A stretch of DNA of 64,000 bases from Gemmatimonadaceae bacterium. GTDB lineage: Bacteria > Gemmatimonadota > Gemmatimonadetes > Gemmatimonadales > Gemmatimonadaceae. The translations under genes were made by a program, and so were the position numbers. The DNA lies in assembly GCA_033763905.1 (NCBI GenBank), contig JANRJP010000102.1, positions 32,001 to 96,000 on the forward strand. The letters run 5' to 3'. Below are positions 55,630 to 64,000 of this stretch, in pieces (position 1 is the first letter of the stretch; every line of letters begins with the position of its first letter). Below the pieces are notes generated by a model that searched no databases, was not told where the DNA came from, and saw only the letters and a list, made by a program, of their open reading frames with translations.

Positions 55630-57726
55630 GTGCCGCCGCGCCATCAGGCCGCCGCCACGCCGCGGGTCACCCTCGAAACCGAGGTCACCTACCTCAAGGG
55701 CGTGGGGCCGGTCCGTGCGCAGGCGCTCGCACGGCTCGGTGTGCGCACCGCGGGCGATCTGTTGCGGCACATTCCGCATCGCTACGAAGACGCAAGCACC
55801 GTGGCCCCCATCTCGTCGTTGCAGCCCGGGATGGACGTCACCGTGCTCGGGCGCGTGATCTCGAAGGGCATTCTCCCGACGCGCAAAGGCCTCCGCGTGT
55901 TCTCGGCGGTGCTGCAGGACGCCAGCGGGATGATCGAAGCCTCGTGGCCGGGCCAGTCGTTTCTCGATCGGACGATTCAGAAGGGCGATCTGCTGCTCGC
56001 GACCGGGCCGGTGAAGTTCTACCACGGGCGTCAGCTCGCGCCGCGCGAGTTCGTGAATCTCGGCGCCGACGACGAAGGCACAGGCGGCGGCCGCGTCCTC
56101 GCCGTGTATCCCGCCACCGATGGCTTGTCGTTCAAGGTCATTCGTGCGCTCATCGAGCGGCATCTGCCGGCGCTGCTGCCGCTGGTGCACGAGTACCTGC
56201 CACCCGCGGTGCTGGCCGCAGGCGGGGTGCCCCCACTCCCCGAGGCGCTGCGGATGGTGCATCGCCCGTCGAGCGTGGCCGAGGCGCTGGCCGGTCGAGC
56301 ACGACTCGCATTCGAAGAACTGCTGTTCGTGCAGTTGTTGCATCGGCGAGCGCGCGAACTCGCCCGCACCCCGCGCGACGGCATTGCGTTCGAGAACCGA
56401 CGCCAACTGACCGCCCAGCTCAAGAGTGCGCTGCCCTTCGAGCTGACCGGGGCGCAGGTACGGGCCGTGCGCGAGATCGTCGCCGATATGACAAGCTCGC
56501 GCCGGATGCATCGCCTGTTGCAGGGGGATGTCGGAAGCGGCAAAACCGTTGTTGGGCTCTTCGCTGCGCTCGTCGCAATGGAGAACGGCTATCAGGTGGC
56601 GTTTATGGCGCCGACGGAGCTGCTGGCCGAACAGCACGCGCGGACGTTCACGCGGCTGCTGGCGCCCCTTGGTATCGTCCCCGCGCTCTTGACTGGTTCG
56701 CTTGGCGCCGCGGAGCGTCGCGCGGTGGCGTCGCGGATGGAGAGTCACGAACCGGTGCTGGTCGTGGGCACCCACGCGCTGGTCTCGGAGCGCGCGGCGT
56801 TCGCGCGGCTCGGGCTCGTCGTGGTGGACGAGCAGCATCGCTTCGGCGTGGAGCAGCGTGCCGCGCTCGGCGCCAAGGGCGCGAGTCCCGATGTGCTGCT
56901 GATGAGCGCGACGCCGATTCCACGATCGCTGGCGTTGACGCTGTACGGCGATCTCGACCTGACCATTCTCGACGAGCGCCCCCCGGGTCGCCAACCGATT
57001 ACCACGGCGCATCGCGGCGAATCGGGGCGGGCGCGCCTGATGGATTTCATCCGGCGTCAGGTGGCCGACGGTCGCCAGGCGTACATCGTGTATCCGGTGA
57101 TCGAGGAGAGCGAAAAGACCGATCTCAAGGCGGCCACGACGATGTACGAGCAGCTCGTCGACGGTCCGCTGGCGGGCCTGCGTCTGGCGCTGCTGCACGG
57201 GCGGCTCAAGGGCGACGAGAAGGACGCGGTGATGCGCCGCTTCTTGGCGCACGAGATCGACGTGCTGGTCGCGACGACCGTGATCGAGGTCGGCATCGAT
57301 GTGCCGAACGCGTCGGTGATGGTGATCGAGCACCCGGAGCGATTCGGCCTGTCTCAGCTGCACCAGCTGCGGGGACGAGTCGGTCGCGGTTCGTCACAAT
57401 CCTATTGCATCCTGCTGGGCAACGTGGGTAACGAGACCGCACAGCGCTTGCAGGTGTTCCTGGAGAGCGAAGACGGATTCGAGATCGCGAAGGCGGATCT
57501 CGAGCAACGCGGGATGGGGGATCTGTTCGGCGACCGGCAGTCGGGGCTGCCCGGCTTCAAGGTGGCCGACCCTCTGCGGGACGAGACGCTCAATGCGTCG
57601 GCTGCGGTTGCGGCCGATGCCTTGCTCTCGGCGGACCCGACCCTGGATCGCAAGGAACACCTGGGGCTCAAGCGGGTGCTGTTGTCGCAGTACTCACGAG
57701 GATTGACGCTCTTTCGGGTGGGGTGA
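55630..57726 (+). CDS. recG: ATP-dependent DNA helicase RecG
   Basis: LQGDVGSGKT, DEQHRFG, SATPIPR, QLHQLRGRVGR. Confidence 0.97.
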   Translation: MPPRHQAAATPRVTLETEVTYLKGVGPVRAQALARLGVRTAGDLLRHIPHRYEDASTVAPISSLQPGMDVTVLGRVISKGILPTRKGLRVFSAVLQDASGMIEASWPGQSFLDRTIQKGDLLLATGPVKFYHGRQLAPREFVNLGADDEGTGGGRVLAVYPATDGLSFKVIRALIERHLPALLPLVHEYLPPAVLAAGGVPPLPEALRMVHRPSSVAEALAGRARLAFEELLFVQLLHRRARELARTPRDGIAFENRRQLTAQLKSALPFELTGAQVRAVREIVADMTSSRRMHRLLQGDVGSGKTVVGLFAALVAMENGYQVAFMAPTELLAEQHARTFTRLLAPLGIVPALLTGSLGAAERRAVASRMESHEPVLVVGTHALVSERAAFARLGLVVVDEQHRFGVEQRAALGAKGASPDVLLMSATPIPRSLALTLYGDLDLTILDERPPGRQPITTAHRGESGRARLMDFIRRQVADGRQAYIVYPVIEESEKTDLKAATTMYEQLVDGPLAGLRLALLHGRLKGDEKDAVMRRFLAHEIDVLVATTVIEVGIDVPNASVMVIEHPERFGLSQLHQLRGRVGRGSSQSYCILLGNVGNETAQRLQVFLESEDGFEIAKADLEQRGMGDLFGDRQSGLPGFKVADPLRDETLNASAAVAADALLSADPTLDRKEHLGLKRVLLSQYSRGLTLFRVG

Positions 57727-57729
57727 TCG

Positions 57730-58857
57730 GTGCGGTGGTCGACTGTCTGCGGGTGGCGGGCCGGTTGTGTCGCGAGCGTGTTGGCACTGAGCCTGACCTC
57801 AGCCGTCGCCTCAGCGCAGCTCGCAGGGGCGGTGGAGGGGCGCGTGGTGTCGGTCGGCGGGATGCCGCTGCCATATGCGCTCGTCACGCTCCGGCCGGCG
57901 AGCGACGACTCGCTGATCGTGCTCACCGATGCGCAGGGCAGATTTCGATTTTTGCCGGCAGGTCGGCTGCCGGCGCTGCTCCGCGCGCGCGCGATTGGGC
58001 ATCGCCCCGACTCGGTGGAGGTGCAGGGCGGGACGCCTGTCACGCTGACGCTCGCGCTGTTGCCGCGCACGATCGTGCCGACGATCGTCCGCGGCATCCG
58101 CTGCACCGATGAGGATCTCAAGAATCGAGACCGAGATCCCTCGATGGCCGCATTTCTCGAGCAGGCGCGGCTGAACGCCGAACAGTTCCGCCAGCTGGCG
58201 ATCCAGGACGACTTCGTGGTCCCCACACGCCACACGATGCGATTCGCCCTCGAAGGGGGCGATTCGGCGGTCCGCTCGATCGACAGCCTGTCGGGCAGCG
58301 CGCTGGCACAGCCGGGGTATCGGCGCGGGCGCGTGTTGTTTCGCGAGGGGTATGTCCCGCTCCTGCGGCGAGGCGCCTGGTACGTCACGGTGCCGCTGGC
58401 CGCAGAAATGGCGTCGCGACGGTTCATCGCCGAGCACTGTTTCGTGTACGTGGGCGACGATGAGATCAGCGGGCGGCGCGTGCGCAAATTGTTGGTCGCG
58501 CCGGCCGAGCGGAACCGTGACCCCGACCTCGAAGGAGAGCTGTACCTCGACGCCGAGAGCTTCGTGTTGCTTCGCTCGAGTTGGCGTCTGACACGTCTAT
58601 CGGCGAGTCGCGGGCCGGTCAGTGCGCTCAGTGTGGACGTGCTGTTCAACCGGAGCCGATCGGGGCTGGTCTTGCCGTTGCAAATGGAGGTCTGGCAGGC
58701 GATCAACAGGGACCGCCTGGGCCGCAAGCGCGTGTTCGAGCGGACCGACAGCTACATCTATGGCGCGCCCGCCTTCGCCCGGGAGGTCGACGAGGCCACG
58801 TGGGCACGTTACCAGGCGATCGTCTCGGGGACTCCCGCCAAGGGTCGCAAGCCGTAG
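57730..58857 (+). CDS. Exported protein with N-terminal carboxypeptidase-regulatory-like beta-sandwich, paralog 1 (start uncertain)
   Basis: Signal peptide; VEGRVV..G.PLPYALV...TDAQGRFRF...RAIGH. Confidence 0.72.
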   Translation: MRWSTVCGWRAGCVASVLALSLTSAVASAQLAGAVEGRVVSVGGMPLPYALVTLRPASDDSLIVLTDAQGRFRFLPAGRLPALLRARAIGHRPDSVEVQGGTPVTLTLALLPRTIVPTIVRGIRCTDEDLKNRDRDPSMAAFLEQARLNAEQFRQLAIQDDFVVPTRHTMRFALEGGDSAVRSIDSLSGSALAQPGYRRGRVLFREGYVPLLRRGAWYVTVPLAAEMASRRFIAEHCFVYVGDDEISGRRVRKLLVAPAERNRDPDLEGELYLDAESFVLLRSSWRLTRLSASRGPVSALSVDVLFNRSRSGLVLPLQMEVWQAINRDRLGRKRVFERTDSYIYGAPAFAREVDEATWARYQAIVSGTPAKGRKP

Positions 58858-58866
58858 CATTCGAGG

Positions 58867-59976
58867 GTGCACCAAGGAACGCTGCGCTCGGCGAGCCGCC
58901 TCGCCGCCTCGATACTCGTCCTCGCGGCCGCGGCGCTTCGATCTCCCGACCAGGCTGCGGCGCAGTCGCCGGTCGAGGGCCGCGTGCTCTCGGCGGCTGG
59001 CGTGCCGATTCCGTTCGCCCTCGTCACGATTCGGCCCGCGCGGGTGGATTCCGCGACGGTGTTGACGGATGTCCAAGGACGCTTCCGCTTTGCCAGCGCC
59101 GGTCGCCTGCCCGCGCTGGTCCGCGCACGCGCAATCGGACATCGGCCCGACTCGGCGACGGTCGCCGGCGACGGGGCGGTAACGCTGACGCTGCAATCGC
59201 TGCCCCGCACGATCAATCCGACGGTCGTGCGCGGCGTGCAGTGTACCGATGCCGACCTCCGATCCGGTCCCGCGGATCCTGCGGTCGCGGCCCTGCTGGA
59301 GCAGGCGCGCCTGAACGCGGAGCAGTTCCATCAACTGGCGATGCAGAGTGAGTTCGTGATTCCCACGAGCCACACCGTGCAGATCACCCTCGAAGGGGGC
59401 GACACCGTCTCGTACACGCGCGACAGCCTCTCGGGTACCTCGCTGGCACAGCCGGTGTATCGGCGGGGCGAGGTGCTGACGCGTCGGGGCGGCCGATGGT
59501 ACGCGTCGATTCCGCTGGCGGCGGAGCTGGCGTCTCAGGCGTTCATCGACTCGCACTGCTTCGTGTACGGGGGCGACGACGAGGTGTCGGGCCGACCGGT
59601 GCGCAAGCTGCTGGTGGCTCCAAGTGATGCCAACACGAATCCCGACCTGGAGGGTGAGCTGTATCTCGATGCCGAGACCTACGTCGTGGTGCGCTCGACG
59701 TGGCGGATGACCCGACTGTCTCCCGTCCGCGGGCCGTCCAGCGCTCTCGATGTGGACATCTTCTTCGCCCGCAGTCGGTCGGGGCTGATTCTGCCGTTGG
59801 AGATGCGGGTCTCGCAGCTGCTGAACAAGGTCCGCGTGCAGCGGGAGCGTGTCAGCGGTCGGATCGACGTCTACCTCTACGGCGAACCGGCCTTCGCCCG
59901 CGACGTCGATGCCGACACCTGGGCGAAGTACTCGGCCCTGGTCGGCGGGGCCCCCGTCCGACCGCCGAGGCAGTAG
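58867..59976 (+). CDS. Exported protein with N-terminal carboxypeptidase-regulatory-like beta-sandwich, paralog 2
   Basis: Collinear with the previous gene (LEQARLNAEQF, HCFVY, PDLEGELYLDAE, RSRSGL). Confidence 0.75.
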   Translation: MHQGTLRSASRLAASILVLAAAALRSPDQAAAQSPVEGRVLSAAGVPIPFALVTIRPARVDSATVLTDVQGRFRFASAGRLPALVRARAIGHRPDSATVAGDGAVTLTLQSLPRTINPTVVRGVQCTDADLRSGPADPAVAALLEQARLNAEQFHQLAMQSEFVIPTSHTVQITLEGGDTVSYTRDSLSGTSLAQPVYRRGEVLTRRGGRWYASIPLAAELASQAFIDSHCFVYGGDDEVSGRPVRKLLVAPSDANTNPDLEGELYLDAETYVVVRSTWRMTRLSPVRGPSSALDVDIFFARSRSGLILPLEMRVSQLLNKVRVQRERVSGRIDVYLYGEPAFARDVDADTWAKYSALVGGAPVRPPRQ

Positions 59977-60024
59977 CTTTCACGACTGCGCCGGCACGAC
60001 GCCGGCCGCCCGTCCTGCGAACGT

Positions 60025-61322
<1,298 letters not shown>

Positions 61323-61326
<4 letters not shown>

Positions 61327-62276
61327 GCCTCGTGCGGAATCCCGGGGAGTCGCTGGATCTGTCGGCGGTTCGGGCAATTCGCGTGAACAAGAGCGCCGCC
61401 GAGCGTCGCGCGGCGACGCTCCCGGCACGGCGCACGGTCAAGAAGCAGTATCAGGCCGCGTGGTTGCTCAAGGCCATCACCCTGATGGATCTCACGACGC
61501 TGCAGGGCGACGATACGCCGTCCAACGTCCGCCGCCTCTGCGCCAAGGCGCGGCAGCCCGTGCGTCCGGACCTGCTGGACGCGCTGGGCGCGACCGCGTT
61601 GCCCATTCGCACCGGCGCGGTGTGCGTGTATCACCCCTTCGTCGCAACCGCCGTCGAGGCGCTGCAGGGTAGCGGCATCCCGGTCGCGGCGGTGAGCACC
61701 GCGTTTCCGGCGGGTCTGGCGCCGATGCCCACGCGGTTGGCGGAAGTGCGCGCCAGCGTTGCCGACGGCGCGGCCGAGATCGATATGGTCATCACGCGCG
61801 GGCTGGTGCTGCGCGGCGAGTGGCAGGCGCTGTACGACGAAGTGGCCGCGGTGCGCGAGGCCTGTGGGGACGCGCACCTCAAGGTCATTCTCGGCACCGG
61901 CGAACTCGCGACGCTCACGAATGTCGCGCGCGCCAGTTGGGTCGCGATGCAGGCCGGCGCCGACTTCATCAAGACGTCCACCGGCAAGGAGTCGGTGAAT
62001 GCCACGCTGCCGGTGTCGCTGGCGATGGTGCGTATGATTCGCGCGTATCGCGAGCGCACCGGCGTGCTGATCGGGTACAAGCCGGCGGGTGGCATTCGGA
62101 CCGCCAAGCAGTCGCTCGACTATTTGATCCTGATGAAGGAGGAACTCGGAGACCGCTGGTTGTCGCCCGATCTCTTCCGCTTCGGGGCCAGCTCGCTGCT
62201 CACCGACGTCGAGCGCCAGTTGGAGCACTTCGTGACCGGGCGGTATGCTGCCGCCCACCATATGCCGATGCCGTGA
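61323..62276 (+). CDS. deoC: Deoxyribose-phosphate aldolase (long DERA-like type)
   Basis: MDLTTL, AVCVY, EIDMVI, HLKVIL, FIKTSTGK, KPAGGI, RFGASSLL. Confidence 0.95.
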
Positions 62277-62292
62277 GCCAGGAGCCCCGCGC

Positions 62293-64000
62293 GTGACCAC
62301 CGTCGCCGACATCTTCTCCACGATGGCCTACGGCCCGGCGCCCGAGGGCGATGCCGAGGCGCAGGCTTGGCTCGAGCGCCATCGCCGCCGCTTCGGGCAC
62401 TTCATCAACGGGGCCTTTACCGCGCCGGGCAAGGCGCCCTTCGCGGTGTACAATCCGGCGACCGGGGCGGAGCTCGCGCGCGTGGCGCAGGGCACGACGG
62501 GAGATGTCGATGCCGCCGTGCGCGCTGCCACCGCCGCGCTCCGCGATTGGCAGGCCCTCAGTGGGCACGAGCGCGCGCGGCACCTGTACGCCCTGGCGCG
62601 CACGGTGCAGCGGCACAGCCGCTTGTTGGCCGTGGTCGAAGCGCTCGACAACGGAAAGTCGATTCGCGAGACGCGCGATCTCGATATCCCGCTCGTGGCG
62701 CGGCACTTCTATCACCACGCGGGTTGGGCGCAGCTGCGCGACGCCGAGTTCCCCGGCTACGACGGCGTGGGCGTCGTCGGCCAGGTGATCCCGTGGAACT
62801 TCCCGCTGCTGATGTTGGCGTGGAAGGTTGCGCCCGCACTGGCCGCGGGGTGCACGGTGGTGCTCAAGCCCGCCGAGTACACGCCGCTGACCGCGCTCTG
62901 CTTCGCCGAGTTGGCACACGAGGCCGGCTTGCCCCCGGGGGTGCTCAACATCGTTACGGGCGACGGGGCGACCGGCGCGGCGGTGGTGGCGCACGACGGC
63001 ATCCACAAGGTGGCGTTCACCGGCTCCACCGACGTCGGGCGCATCATTCGCAAGGCGACGGCGGGTTCGGGCAAGAAGCTCACGCTCGAGCTGGGCGGGA
63101 AGTCTCCCTTCCTCGTCTACGAGGATGCCGATCTCGACGCCGCGGTCGAAGGCGTCGTCGATGCGATCTGGTTCAATCAGGGGCAGGTCTGCTGTGCGGG
63201 CTCGCGCCTGCTGGTGCAGGAAAGCGTGCACGACGTGCTCGTGGCCAAGCTGCGCGCGCGAATGGAAACTCTGCGCGTGGGGTCGCCCCTCGACAAGGCG
63301 GTCGATATGGGCGCGATCGTCGACCCGGTGCAGCGCGATCGCATTGCGGGGCTGGTCGCACAGGGCGAGGCGCAGGGCGCCACGCCCTGGACGCCGTCCT
63401 GGGCGGTGCCGGCCGAGGGCTGCTACTACCCGCCGACGCTGTTCACGAACGTCGAGTCGTCGAACATCATCGCGCGCGAAGAGATCTTCGGACCGGTGCT
63501 CGTGACGATGCCGTTCCGTACGCCCGCCGAGAGCGTCGCGCTGGCGAACAACACGCCGTTCGGCCTCGCGGCGAGCGTGTGGTCCGAGAACATCAATCTC
63601 GCGCTGGACATTGCGCCCAAGCTCAAGGCCGGCGTGGTGTGGATCAACGGCACGAACCTCTTCGACGCGGCCGCGGGCTTTGGCGGCTATCGCGAATCGG
63701 GCTACGGCCGCGAAGGCGGGCGTGAGGGGATGTACGAGTATCTCGTCGCGTCGTCGGAGCGGGAGCACCGCAGCGCGGCGCGGGCGGCGGCAGCGACTCG
63801 CGGAACCGCGCGGGCGCGCAGCGCCCGCTCCGCAGCGGCGTCACTGACGCGACCCGAGCCCACGCTGGTTGCGGCGGTGGATCGGACCGCGAAGCTGTTC
63901 ATTGGCGGCAAGCAGGCGCGTCCCGATGGCGGATACTCGCGCGTCGTGACCGATCCGCGCGGGGCGCGCATCGGCGAGGTCGGGGAGGGCAACCGCAAGG
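62293..64000 (+). CDS. Aldehyde dehydrogenase, ALDH16-like extended type (runs off the window end)
   Basis: Starts MTTVADIFSTMAYGPAPE; IPWNFP, FTGST, LELGGKSP, NQGQVCCAGSR, EEIFGP, then a second module RTAKLFIGGKQARPDGGY; AGGAG RBS. Confidence 0.9.
   Translation, partial: MTTVADIFSTMAYGPAPEGDAEAQAWLERHRRRFGHFINGAFTAPGKAPFAVYNPATGAELARVAQGTTGDVDAAVRAATAALRDWQALSGHERARHLYALARTVQRHSRLLAVVEALDNGKSIRETRDLDIPLVARHFYHHAGWAQLRDAEFPGYDGVGVVGQVIPWNFPLLMLAWKVAPALAAGCTVVLKPAEYTPLTALCFAELAHEAGLPPGVLNIVTGDGATGAAVVAHDGIHKVAFTGSTDVGRIIRKATAGSGKKLTLELGGKSPFLVYEDADLDAAVEGVVDAIWFNQGQVCCAGSRLLVQESVHDVLVAKLRARMETLRVGSPLDKAVDMGAIVDPVQRDRIAGLVAQGEAQGATPWTPSWAVPAEGCYYPPTLFTNVESSNIIAREEIFGPVLVTMPFRTPAESVALANNTPFGLAASVWSENINLALDIAPKLKAGVVWINGTNLFDAAAGFGGYRESGYGREGGREGMYEYLVASSEREHRSAARAAAATRGTARARSARSAAASLTRPEPTLVAAVDRTAKLFIGGKQARPDGGYSRVVTDPRGARIGEVGEGNRK

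Noticed and set aside
62293..64000. Aldehyde dehydrogenase as a pseudogene because it is absent from the ORF track
   Set aside because: The frame appears open to the window edge; it is missing only because its stop codon lies outside the window

Overview
High-GC (roughly 70% by eye) bacterial core-chromosome segment; gene content and order suggest Gemmatimonadota (inference). After a short mixed-strand start (MCP, PfpI-family protein, NarL-type two-component pair, a 50-aa membrane peptide), every gene from 4519 to the window end is on the + strand. The order is tilS-hpt-ftsH, yggS-divIVA-PNP-ileS-dksA-like-lspA-lspA-rluD, an ~18 kb chemosensory/polarity operon, tRNA-Val(TAC), the dcw cluster (rsmH to ftsZ), ftsY, recG, two paralogous secreted proteins, asnS, deoC and a truncated ALDH16-type aldehyde dehydrogenase. 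Three observations stand out. (1) A receptor-less che operon (cheW-Y-A-C ... cheR-D-B-W-W) has in its middle an MglA/MglB/roadblock GTPase module, TPR scaffolds, two DUF4388-type proteins with MshEN-like c-di-GMP motifs, and a tandem DnaA-AAA+ protein with no DNA-binding domain. (2) A dense cluster of DnaA boxes lies inside the murG and murC coding sequences, around an AT-rich spacer with DnaA-trio-like and IHF-like motifs (candidate oriC or datA/DARS-like locus). (3) TANNNT -10 boxes recur 6-7 nt before start codons, often built from the upstream gene's stop codon (leaderless-mRNA signature). IleRS also carries the non-canonical GIHH signature. No mobile elements or CRISPR arrays were seen. 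All calls are by eye from motifs; no database searches were run.
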